Positions 26,753-35,541 of a stretch of DNA of 64,000 bases are shown piece by piece. Within the stretch, counting starts at the first letter, position 1, and each line of letters starts with the position of its first letter. This stretch comes from an uncultured archaeon (GTDB lineage: Archaea > Hadarchaeota > Hadarchaeia > Hadarchaeales > Hadarchaeaceae), in assembly GCA_937921735.1 (NCBI GenBank), contig CAKZTQ010000016.1, positions 15,622-79,621 of the forward strand, written 5' to 3'. Both the position numbers and the translations under genes were made by a program. The notes below the pieces were generated by a model. The model was not told the origin of the DNA. It was given only the letters and a program-made list of their open reading frames with translations, and searched no databases.

Positions 26753-27032
26753 GGTCAGGGTGGAACTTTTCATCGCTTGGCCGCCCACCTCGCTCTGCAG
26801 CAAGCTGGTGGAGCTGACAAAGCGCGTCATCTCGGAGCTCGGCGAGCAGGTCGAGCTCGTGATATACCAGCGAGGTCAGCCCTATCCCATCCAGCCTACC
26901 ATCGGGTTCATGAGGGCGAGGAAGACGGTGAAGTTACCTGCGGTATTCGTGGATGGCGAGCTTTTGTCCGAGAGGGAACTTCCCAGCGAGGAAAAGCTGC
27001 GCTCAGAAATAAAAAGGCGGTTAGAAAAGTAG
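26745..27032 (+). CDS. Small hypothetical protein. It may be an LplB-like accessory subunit or a degenerate glutaredoxin-fold protein.
   Basis: A 95-aa protein translationally coupled to lplA (ATG overlaps the lplA 3' end). It shows a glutaredoxin-like pattern, VELVIYQRG...LPAVFVDGELL, but no CxxC. Confidence 0.35.
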   Translation: MSKVRVELFIAWPPTSLCSKLVELTKRVISELGEQVELVIYQRGQPYPIQPTIGFMRARKTVKLPAVFVDGELLSERELPSEEKLRSEIKRRLEK

Positions 27033-27113
27033 CACTACCTTAATCCAGTTTCCCGGAGATCGGGGTGGGCTACAAGTCTATATCATCATGAGAACTGAGG
27101 ATTGGCATTGCCG

Positions 27114-27722
27114 TCACTTCTCGCGAACGGCGTTCAACCCCAGCTCAAAGGCGCGCAGGTTGACTTCCTCGGTGCCCTTCGGTACGTTTTCCCGGATGGC
27201 GCACCTCAAGGATTCCAACGATATCGGGAGCTTGCCGATCCCTGCAAGCGCACCCAGCATGACGACGTTAACGGTTCTAACGTTTCCCGCCTGCTGGGCG
27301 AGCGAGGTCGCATCTATCGCGATGATTTTTCCTCCCAGCTTCTTCACAGCTTCCTCGATGGTTTGCATGCTTGGGTACTCGGCCCGCCCGATGTTGACGT
27401 CCACCGGCGCCAGAGGCCTGGTGTTAGTGAGCAAGAGACCTCCCTTGGCGAGATACTTGACAGCATTCCTTAGCCCTTCGAGGGGCTCGAGCGCGATCAC
27501 GATTTCGGCGCCACCTTCGGGTACCAAAGGAGCGGACACGTTTTTTCCTATGCGTACGTGACTCGCAACCGATCCTCCACGCATTGCAGCACCAAACGTC
27601 TCGCCCACCCGCGCGCGCAGCCCTTCCTCGATCGCCGCCATCGCGACGAGGTGTGACGCCAGCACGCTGCCTTGGCCTCCAACGCCCGCTATTATTAGAT
27701 TGACTTCGTCCACCCTACTCAC
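27114..27722 (-). CDS. iorB: Indolepyruvate ferredoxin oxidoreductase subunit beta
   Basis: LIIAGVGGQGSVLASHLVAMAA... is the IorB/PorG-type pattern along 202 aa. Confidence 0.8.
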   Translation of the reverse strand: MSRVDEVNLIIAGVGGQGSVLASHLVAMAAIEEGLRARVGETFGAAMRGGSVASHVRIGKNVSAPLVPEGGAEIVIALEPLEGLRNAVKYLAKGGLLLTNTRPLAPVDVNIGRAEYPSMQTIEEAVKKLGGKIIAIDATSLAQQAGNVRTVNVVMLGALAGIGKLPISLESLRCAIRENVPKGTEEVNLRAFELGLNAVREK

Positions 27723-29673
27723 CCACGCTGATCGCGCCCGTGGGACATACTTGGGCGCACATGCCGCAGCCGTTACATATCAACGGATCGATCCCTCCCT
27801 TGCCGTCCTTGAACAATACGCCCGGGCAGCCGAAGCTCACGCACAGCCTGCAACCGGTGCACTTATTCGGGTCGACCACCATCCGCTTCCCGATGAACTT
27901 CTTCTGGCGCAGGGCTTGAAGCGTACAGACGCGGCGGGCTATCACCATCGCGAACCCCCCGAACTTCAAGGCCTCTTCTATCGCTGCCGTGGTCGCCGCT
28001 AGGTCGAACGGGTCGACCACTTTCAAGAATTCGACGCCACAGGCTCTGGCGATGTCCTCTATGAGCAGCTGTTTCGCGGGCTCCCCAGTCGCCGTCAGCC
28101 CGGTGCCTGGATGGGGCTGGTGACCGGTCATCGCGGTCCAGGAGTTATCTAGAACTAAGAATACTCCCTTGGCCTTGTTGTAGACAGCGTTGATCACCGC
28201 CGGGATGCACGCGTGGAAGAAGGTCGAGTCCCCCGCGACCGCGACTATGGCGCCATCCGTGTAACCAGCGTGGAACTCACCCTGCAACAGGCCGATGCCT
28301 CCGCCCATGATGTAGTTGGTGTCAAGCGTTTCGTACGGTGACTCTATCGCGTAGCGCACGGACTCGGCGGTGTCCTTAGGCTTTACCTCCTTCGCGAAGA
28401 TCCCGTAGCCCCCCTGCTCGTAGCAACCTATATCGCCGTTGATGATCGGCACCTTCCCCCCGACCTTGCGCAGGGCCTGCTTCAGGGCCCAGTAGGAGCC
28501 TAGGTGGGGACAGCCCGCGCAGAGGGTGGAGGAGCGAGGGGCGACAAGCTTGCTCACCTCCGCCCTCGCGCGCTCCCTCGCCCTGTCCTCGCGCGGCCTG
28601 ATGCCAGCCACCTTGGCAAGGGCCCGCAAAACGATGTCGGTGTTTATCTCACCGACTTGAGGAAGATGGCCGCTCATCTTCCCGATCACCCTCAGCTTGG
28701 GCGAGGCATCCCTTGCCAGCCCCCTGACCTGAAGCTCGACGAGCGGATCGCCCTCCTCCACCACGATCACGGTCTTGACCGCCCTCAGCAAACGCGAGAC
28801 CATGCGCTCGGGCAGCGGCGTTGGTGTACCGATCTTGAGGAACGCCACCTTTTTGTTCAGCCCAAGCCTCCTTACCGCCTCGCGCGCGTAGCTGGCCCCG
28901 ATGCCGGAGGCGATGATGCCCAGCTTTGGCTTCCCCCTGAGTTCCAGCCGGTTCCAAGGTAACTTCTCCACGACCTTCTTGGCCATCGGCTGACGGGAAT
29001 GGAGCCACCGATGTTTTTCGACGGGCCCAGGCGGGCCGTAGACGTTCCAGCGATACGGGAGCTTCCAGTGTTTGTCGAACACCGGACGACGCTTGATCTT
29101 GGCGATGGGTCCAAGCTCCACATCTCCTGAGGCGTGGCTCACGCGGGTCACCGAGCGGACCATCACGGGGAGCTCCAGCTGCTCGGATAGCTCGAAGGCG
29201 TAGCGGGTCATGTCCTTTGCCTCCTGTTGATCGGCCGGCTCGAGGCAGGGTATCTCCCCGTAGAAGGCAGCGAAGCGGGTGTCCTGCTCATTGGAGGAGT
29301 AGTGGGCGCTTGGGTCGTCGGCGACGGCGATGACGAAACCCCCTCTAACACCCCCGTAGACAAGCGTCATGAACATGTCCATGACCCAATTCAAACCAGC
29401 GTTCTTCATCGACGTCAGCGCCCTGACGCCAGTTAGGGCGGCTCCTGCCGCGACCTCGAAGGCGACCTTTTCGTTGGTCGACCACTCGGCGTGAAAGCCA
29501 AGCTTGGGCGCGGCCAAGGCGAGCGTCTCGAGGATCTCAGATGCAGGCGTGCCAGGATAAGAAGCTGCAACCCCTACGCCCGCTTCTATCGCCCCTCTCG
29601 CGATCGCCTCGTTGCCCATCAGAAGCACGCGTTTGCCGGGCGAGTCCTCCACGATGATGTCTTCGATCCTCAC
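27715..29673 (-). CDS. iorA: Indolepyruvate ferredoxin oxidoreductase subunit alpha
   Basis: A 652-aa protein with a TPP-binding region and two C-terminal 4Fe-4S motifs (CTGCRLCVSFGCPGV, CNGCGMCAQVCPTGA). Confidence 0.85.
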   Translation of the reverse strand: MRIEDIIVEDSPGKRVLLMGNEAIARGAIEAGVGVAASYPGTPASEILETLALAAPKLGFHAEWSTNEKVAFEVAAGAALTGVRALTSMKNAGLNWVMDMFMTLVYGGVRGGFVIAVADDPSAHYSSNEQDTRFAAFYGEIPCLEPADQQEAKDMTRYAFELSEQLELPVMVRSVTRVSHASGDVELGPIAKIKRRPVFDKHWKLPYRWNVYGPPGPVEKHRWLHSRQPMAKKVVEKLPWNRLELRGKPKLGIIASGIGASYAREAVRRLGLNKKVAFLKIGTPTPLPERMVSRLLRAVKTVIVVEEGDPLVELQVRGLARDASPKLRVIGKMSGHLPQVGEINTDIVLRALAKVAGIRPREDRARERARAEVSKLVAPRSSTLCAGCPHLGSYWALKQALRKVGGKVPIINGDIGCYEQGGYGIFAKEVKPKDTAESVRYAIESPYETLDTNYIMGGGIGLLQGEFHAGYTDGAIVAVAGDSTFFHACIPAVINAVYNKAKGVFLVLDNSWTAMTGHQPHPGTGLTATGEPAKQLLIEDIARACGVEFLKVVDPFDLAATTAAIEEALKFGGFAMVIARRVCTLQALRQKKFIGKRMVVDPNKCTGCRLCVSFGCPGVLFKDGKGGIDPLICNGCGMCAQVCPTGAISVGE

Positions 29674-31074
29674 TCACTCACCTAGCCTTCGATTCGTTGG
29701 AGGTTGGGGTTTGAGATTTTGCCCCATTCGTTCAGCCCTCATCTCAGCGTACCGAGTCAGCGCCGCTAGCGCCCGCGCCGCGCGTATCGGACTTGAATAT
29801 ATGGGTATTCCCATCTTTTGTAGTTTTGCGCGTTCCTCAAGCTCCACATCTCCGCCTCCCAACATCACCACCACAAGCGTCTTGCCGCCGTGGAAATGTT
29901 TGGCCATGACTTCCGCGATCCCCGGCATCGGGTCGCCGATTATTGCGATTATCGAGTGCACCTCTTTGCTCGAGGATATAACCGCTATCGCCTCGTCGTA
30001 CATAGCCGAGGTCGCGCTGCCGGTGAGGTCGAGAGGGTTGCGCAGCACGCACTCTGGGGGCAGCTTTTCCTTCAATGAGTGGCGAACGTTCGCCGGGAGC
30101 TCGATCACGTTCAAGCCCAACTCCTCGCACGCGTCCGTGGCCAAGATCCCAGATCCACCCGAGCTCGTCACTATGACGACGTTGGGGCCCGCTGGCGACG
30201 TTAGGCTGGCGAAGCCTTTGCAGACATCGTACATTTCCTCGACGTCGAAGACCCGAATGGCGCCCGCCCGTCTAAAGGCCAGGTCAAAGATCGCATCCGA
30301 GCCGGCGATCGAGCGGGTGTGCGAAAGCACGGCTTCCGCACCCTTGGTCGTTCGACCTCCCTTGAGCACCACGAGCGGTTTCTCCTGAGCCGTAGCGCTC
30401 GCAACCTCCAGGAATCTTCTACCATCGCGCACGCCCTCCATGTAAAGCGCGATCACCTTGGTCCGCGGGTCCTTGGCGAGGTACTCCAGGAGCTCGATCT
30501 CGTCGACGTCGCACTTGTTGCCTAGTGCCACAAGTTTGTCGATGCCGATTTGCTCGTGGGCGGCCCAGCACCCGAGCGCTGCGCCTATCGTCCCGCTTTG
30601 CGAGATCACGGAGATGTGGCCACGAACCCTCACAAGCGGCCAGCTCGCACATAGACCAGCCGAGGTGCTGATGACGCCTTGACAGTTCGGCCCAATGATG
30701 CGGATTCCAGCGCGCCTCGCGATCTCTAACATCTGGCGCTCCAGCTCTTCGCCGGCGGGGCCGATCTCGCTGAAACCGCCCGAGATCACCACGGCGGCCC
30801 GCACGCCCTTCTCCGCGCAATCCGACATGACCAAGGGCACGAAGCGCGCTGGCACCACCACGACCGCGAGTTCCACCTCAAAGGGGACGTCCTTCACCGA
30901 GCGATAGCACTTGAGCCCTAAAATCTCATCCGCCTTTGGGTTTACGGGGTATAGGCCGCCCCTGAAGCCCGCCTCGATGATATTGCGTAGGATCTCGTAC
31001 CCAAGCTTTCCCGGTTCCCTCGAAGCTCCTATCACGGCCACGCTCGAGGGCTGGAAGAAGCTCTCCAATCCCAT
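29674..31074 (-). CDS. acdA: ADP-forming acyl-CoA synthetase alpha subunit (CoA-binding, succinyl-CoA synthetase-like)
   Basis: MGLESFFQPSSVAVIGASREPGKLG is the typical ACD alpha N-terminus. The ATG at 31074 overlaps the upstream stop (ATGA); the GTG at 31089 is less likely. Confidence 0.8.
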   Translation of the reverse strand: MGLESFFQPSSVAVIGASREPGKLGYEILRNIIEAGFRGGLYPVNPKADEILGLKCYRSVKDVPFEVELAVVVVPARFVPLVMSDCAEKGVRAAVVISGGFSEIGPAGEELERQMLEIARRAGIRIIGPNCQGVISTSAGLCASWPLVRVRGHISVISQSGTIGAALGCWAAHEQIGIDKLVALGNKCDVDEIELLEYLAKDPRTKVIALYMEGVRDGRRFLEVASATAQEKPLVVLKGGRTTKGAEAVLSHTRSIAGSDAIFDLAFRRAGAIRVFDVEEMYDVCKGFASLTSPAGPNVVIVTSSGGSGILATDACEELGLNVIELPANVRHSLKEKLPPECVLRNPLDLTGSATSAMYDEAIAVISSSKEVHSIIAIIGDPMPGIAEVMAKHFHGGKTLVVVMLGGGDVELEERAKLQKMGIPIYSSPIRAARALAALTRYAEMRAERMGQNLKPQPPTNRRLGE

Positions 31075-32465
31075 CAGATCACCGGCCACCTGGGACCTAT
31101 GTTTAATCCCAACCGACGGTCGACCTCCAAACCAAGCTCCTGCGCCTCCGCGATGACCTCGGCCTCGTCGATCGTATTGACCTCTCTTTCTTGCATGACT
31201 ACCTTGCCGTCTATGATGACCGTCTCAACGTCTTCCCCGCTCGCCGCGTAGACGAGGTTTGAGATGGGGTTACGCACGGGCACGAGATGCGGCCTGCGCT
31301 GGTTCACGACTATTACGTCTGCGAGCTTACCCCGCTCGAGGGATCCCAGCCTATCCCCCCAAAGGGTGGCGCGCGCGCCGTTTATCGTGGCCATCTCGAG
31401 CACAGATTCAGCTGGTAGGGCTTGGGGGTCCAAGAGCCAGCCCTTGTGTACGACAGCAGCCAGTTTCATCTCCCTAAGCATATCGTAGCAATTGTTGCTC
31501 GGGCCTCCATCGCAACCTAAGGCCACGTTGACGCCAGCTTCCAACATCTTCACCACCGGGGCTACGCCAGAGGCCAGCTTCAGGTTGCTCGCTGGACAAT
31601 GGCAGACGGTGCCGCCGGTCTCGCGGAGTATCCGGAAATCCCCGTCGGATAACCAGACGCCGTGCGCATAAATCACATGCCTGCCCACCAAGCCACAATG
31701 CCTCATGAACTGCATGGGCGTCATGTTAAACTCCTTGCGCATGTATTCTACATCTTGTTTGACCTCCGCTAGGTGGATCGTCACGCCCGTGCCATGTTCC
31801 CTAGCTCGCTCCGCGATCTCCCGGTAGAACTCGACGGTGCATGCGCCCGGCGTCCTTGGACCGAACCAGACGTGGATCCTGTCGTTGGCCTTCCCGTGCC
31901 ACTTCCTTATCATGGCCAGCGTCTCCCTCATCGTGGCCTCGCCGTCCTCAACCATGCTAGGCGGTATGACATCGGGCTGGTCGGCGTAGCCGCTCACGTT
32001 CATGAGCTTTTTCGACAGGGCTGCGCGGATGCCGATGGACTCGATGACCTCAGCGATTCCGTCGAACCCATACCTGCTGTGCAGGCCGCTTTCTACGAAG
32101 GTCGTGGTGCCGGACTTTATCATCTCCAGGCAACAGAGCTGGGCGCTGAGCTTACCTTCGCGAGGGGTATAGGTGCCCTGCAGTGGCCAAACCCGCTCTC
32201 GAAGCCAAGGGATGAGCGACATGTCATCGGCACAGCCCCGCAGGAGGGCCTGCGCGAGGTGGACGTGGCAGTCGACGAAGCCGGGTAGGACAAGCTTCCC
32301 TGCACAATCCAGCTCTAGGTCGACGCGATACTGTGGCACCACCTGCGAGGTTTTACCCACGTCCACGATCTTGTTGCCCTCGATCACCACCGCACCGTCT
32401 AGCAGGATCTCGCGGCGCGGGTTCATCGTCACCACCGTCGCATGGGTGAGTGCGATGTCAGCCAT
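31074..32465 (-). CDS. Amidohydrolase of the MTA/SAH deaminase (MtaD/DadD) or chlorohydrolase family
   Basis: Carries the metal-binding HVH motif (VDCHVHLAQ), plus the HxH...H...D pattern, along 463 aa. Confidence 0.7.
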   Translation of the reverse strand: MADIALTHATVVTMNPRREILLDGAVVIEGNKIVDVGKTSQVVPQYRVDLELDCAGKLVLPGFVDCHVHLAQALLRGCADDMSLIPWLRERVWPLQGTYTPREGKLSAQLCCLEMIKSGTTTFVESGLHSRYGFDGIAEVIESIGIRAALSKKLMNVSGYADQPDVIPPSMVEDGEATMRETLAMIRKWHGKANDRIHVWFGPRTPGACTVEFYREIAERAREHGTGVTIHLAEVKQDVEYMRKEFNMTPMQFMRHCGLVGRHVIYAHGVWLSDGDFRILRETGGTVCHCPASNLKLASGVAPVVKMLEAGVNVALGCDGGPSNNCYDMLREMKLAAVVHKGWLLDPQALPAESVLEMATINGARATLWGDRLGSLERGKLADVIVVNQRRPHLVPVRNPISNLVYAASGEDVETVIIDGKVVMQEREVNTIDEAEVIAEAQELGLEVDRRLGLNIGPRWPVI

Positions 32466-32503
32466 TCAAACCCCATCGATGTAGGTTGGAACGATTAATA
32501 AAA

Positions 32504-33181
32504 TTAGGCGCCCATCCTTCGTTGCCTTTGCCTGTACTCGGCCAAGCATCGATTGAAGTCCTCGCGGGTGAAGTCCGGCCAATATTTATCGACGAAAATT
32601 ATCTCCGCATAAGCTGATTGGTACGGCAAGAAGTTGGACAGCCTATGGTCACCTCCCGTCCTGATGATAAGGTCCACCGGCCGCGAAACCCAAAGGAACT
32701 TTTCCAGCAGTTTTTTGGTGATTCTCCCCACCCTGCTCCTACTGGCCATCTGAACGCACCTTAGCAACTCGTCTTGCCCACCGTAGGCGACCAAGATGTT
32801 AAGGAAGTGATTTGTGTGTTTTTTCGTAGCCTTAACGGCCCTATGTACCGCGTCCAACACATAGTCTGGTAGCTTGTACGTCCGCCCGAGCACCCTTATC
32901 CTGACCTCATGCTTGTGGACGAACTCGTCCCTGGACAGTTTGTCCAAGTACTCAGCCAGGATCTGGAAGATCTTCCTCAGCTCCTCCTCCGGACGCTTGA
33001 TCAGGTTTTCCGCCGAGAGGGCGTAGACGCTCACCTCTTGTATCCCTTCCTCCAGGCACCATTTGAGGCACTCCTCCATGACTTCGGCGCCCCTCACGTG
33101 GCCTTGCCATGGCTCTAGCCCATGTGCTCGGGCCCACCTGCGATTTCCATCGGGGATTAAACCTAGGTGAATCGGTTGCAT
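32504..33181 (-). CDS. uppS: Undecaprenyl-diphosphate synthase (cis-prenyltransferase)
   Basis: HLGLIPDGNRRWA...SAENLIKRPEEE... is the UPPS signature. Confidence 0.85.
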   Translation of the reverse strand: MQPIHLGLIPDGNRRWARAHGLEPWQGHVRGAEVMEECLKWCLEEGIQEVSVYALSAENLIKRPEEELRKIFQILAEYLDKLSRDEFVHKHEVRIRVLGRTYKLPDYVLDAVHRAVKATKKHTNHFLNILVAYGGQDELLRCVQMASRSRVGRITKKLLEKFLWVSRPVDLIIRTGGDHRLSNFLPYQSAYAEIIFVDKYWPDFTREDFNRCLAEYRQRQRRMGA

Positions 33182-33397
33182 CTCATCCCGCCTTTCGATA
33201 GCATCGCTCGATTTAAATCACTATGGCGTTGCCCAGCGCACATCGAGCTTCACCAAAAATCTCTTTTCGGCAATCAATTCCGTGACACACGTATGTCGAA
33301 ATCATCGAGACTAGCCACCCAGTTCACACACGTGTTCAAAAAAAGCAGCAAAAGACGAGATATATGAAACAATGATCAAGGAGATGGCGGAGCTTTC

Positions 33398-33994
33398 ATG
33401 GAGATAGTGCTCGTCGGACGTTCGAACGTGGGCAAATCAAGCGTGATCAGAAGCCTCACGGGCAAGCGCGTTCGCGTGGGAAGGCGACCGGGCGTAACGC
33501 GGAAGATACTTCGTTACCCTTATGGTGAGCTCGAGATCGTCGACATGCCTGGCTTCGGCTTCATGGCGGGCGTGAGCAGGACCAAGCAGGAGGCGATAAA
33601 AACCGAGATCGTCCGCTACCTAGAATCGAACAGGCGAAACATCCTCTTCGCGATTCAAGTGCTGGACGTTCGTGCCTTCGGTGAAATCGTCGAACGCTGG
33701 AGGTGCAGGGGATATGTGCCGATCGACGTCGAGATGTTCCACTTCCTACAAGAGCTCAAGCTTCGCCCCATAGTGGCAGCGAACAAGATAGACCTGATCT
33801 ATCCCGAGGAAAGGGATGAGTTGCTCGACGATATCTGCGATAAGCTCGGCCTTTTGCCGCCTTGGCGTCAATGGCTGGATGTCATAGTCCCAATTTCGGC
33901 CAAAACTGGGGAAGGGATCCCAGAGCTCAAAAAGTTGGTGAGACAGAGGTTAGGAGAACTGGGTTTAGACCGTTTGCGGAGGTACTTCAAATAG
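33398..33994 (+). CDS. engB: GTP-binding protein EngB (YihA family)
   Basis: Carries G1 (GRSNVGKSS) and G3 (DMPG) along a 198-aa protein. Confidence 0.8.
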   Translation: MEIVLVGRSNVGKSSVIRSLTGKRVRVGRRPGVTRKILRYPYGELEIVDMPGFGFMAGVSRTKQEAIKTEIVRYLESNRRNILFAIQVLDVRAFGEIVERWRCRGYVPIDVEMFHFLQELKLRPIVAANKIDLIYPEERDELLDDICDKLGLLPPWRQWLDVIVPISAKTGEGIPELKKLVRQRLGELGLDRLRRYFK

Positions 33995-34040
33995 CAATTA
34001 GCGCCTGCGAGAATTGAAAACCAAGGTAAATCGATAGCCC

Positions 34041-34322
34041 TTATCGCCCCATCTTCACCGGTTCCAATTCACTCGGTCCCCTTTCGCCGAAGGGCCAAGC
34101 CCGCTCGTTCGTCGTGAGCCAGAGATAGCGGTAGACGGTATACACGTAGGTTATGTATCTATTTGTAAATCCGGCGATTCCCTTGTGCCTCCTCCCGAGA
34201 ACGATCGTGTGGAGCCAGTGGATCACCGTCACCACGCCGACCACGAAACCCCATATGCCGACTATCACGCCGTAAAGGAAGGCCAGAGGGATCCTGAGGA
34301 CCGCCTCGACCCTTTCACCCAC
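34041..34322 (-). CDS. DUF4389-like small membrane protein
   Basis: RIPLAFLYGVIVGIWGFVVGVVTVIHWLHTIVLGRRHKGIAGF matches the DUF4389 pattern. Confidence 0.5.
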   Translation of the reverse strand: MGERVEAVLRIPLAFLYGVIVGIWGFVVGVVTVIHWLHTIVLGRRHKGIAGFTNRYITYVYTVYRYLWLTTNERAWPFGERGPSELEPVKMGR

Positions 34323-34374
34323 TATATCACCTCCAGGTTTTCGATCACCAACACATCTCCTTTACCCTAAAGCC

Positions 34375-35496
34375 CTAGGGCGCGATCATCGCCTTGATGC
34401 ATTCTCCCTTCTCCGACGCCTGGATCGCCTTCAGGGCATTCTCGATCTTGAACCTATGGGTGAAGATATCCTTGAACGGAAACCTCCCCGAGTTGAGTAC
34501 CGCTAGCGCCTCCCGGAACTGGGTGAGTGGGTAGACCCAGCTCCCAAGTACGTCCATGTCCTTGTAGCAGATGACGTGCGGTCGGATCTCCACGCCACCT
34601 GGATCGGTGAAGTGCCCGACCTCGACATATTTGCCCCCCCGCCTCACCATCTCCAATCCTTCCGGCACCGCCGCCGGCACGCCCGTGCACTCGACCACGA
34701 CGTCCGCGCCCACGCCATCGGTCAGCTCAAGCACGCGCCTCACTCGTTCCTCCTGTGTCCTCAGCTCTCGCATGTCCACGACCTCATCCGCTCCCATGCG
34801 TTTGGCCATCCGCAACCTCTGCTTCACGCGCTCCACGGCTATGACCTTGCCAGCTCCTGCTACTTTCGCCGCCGCGATGGTGAGAAGCCCTATTGCCCCA
34901 GTGCCCTGCACCACCACCGTAGCTCCCACCCCAAAGCCCATGCCCGCGAACGGCACGCCTGGAGCGAACGCTCGCTCGAGTGCTCTAGTGGCAACCGCCA
35001 TCGGCTCCGCTAGGGCGGCGACCTCGAAGGACATGCCGTCGGGTAACTTGTACACCCAGGAGCCGGGTTCGATGTAGATGTATTCCGCGTAGCCTCCGTA
35101 GAGATGCGGCGGGCGCTCGCAGGTCCTGGAGACGCCGTAGATCAAACGATTGGTGCAGAGGTTAGGATAATGGGGCAAGTTGCGGCAGTAATAACACTTA
35201 CCACAGGGCAAGCCGGGCACCACGGTGACGCGATCGCCCCCATGGAGTTCTCCCCCACGAACGTTGAGGCTCTCGTTCGCTTTGGGGCCCAGCTCCTCCA
35301 CTGTACCCGAGAACTCGTGGCCGGGTATTATCGGGAACGGCGTTGATTTCATGTGCCCTCGGAAGAGATGCACATCCGTCCCGCAAACGCCACAAGCCTT
35401 GATCCTCACGAGCATCGCATTTTCCGCCACCTTCGGCAGGTCGAAGCTTTTAACCTCCAACTTCCCCGGTTCGGACATTACCGCGGCTTTGACCAA
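34375..35496 (-). CDS. Zinc-dependent alcohol dehydrogenase (MDR superfamily, threonine/sorbitol dehydrogenase-like)
   Basis: Carries the catalytic zinc motif (GHEFSG), the structural zinc motif (CGKCYYC) and a GTGAIG Rossmann motif. Confidence 0.75.
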   Translation of the reverse strand: MVKAAVMSEPGKLEVKSFDLPKVAENAMLVRIKACGVCGTDVHLFRGHMKSTPFPIIPGHEFSGTVEELGPKANESLNVRGGELHGGDRVTVVPGLPCGKCYYCRNLPHYPNLCTNRLIYGVSRTCERPPHLYGGYAEYIYIEPGSWVYKLPDGMSFEVAALAEPMAVATRALERAFAPGVPFAGMGFGVGATVVVQGTGAIGLLTIAAAKVAGAGKVIAVERVKQRLRMAKRMGADEVVDMRELRTQEERVRRVLELTDGVGADVVVECTGVPAAVPEGLEMVRRGGKYVEVGHFTDPGGVEIRPHVICYKDMDVLGSWVYPLTQFREALAVLNSGRFPFKDIFTHRFKIENALKAIQASEKGECIKAMIAP

Positions 35497-35541
35497 TCAA
35501 TTCACCTCCACACCTTTTTGCCCGCGAGCCCTTTTAAGTCC

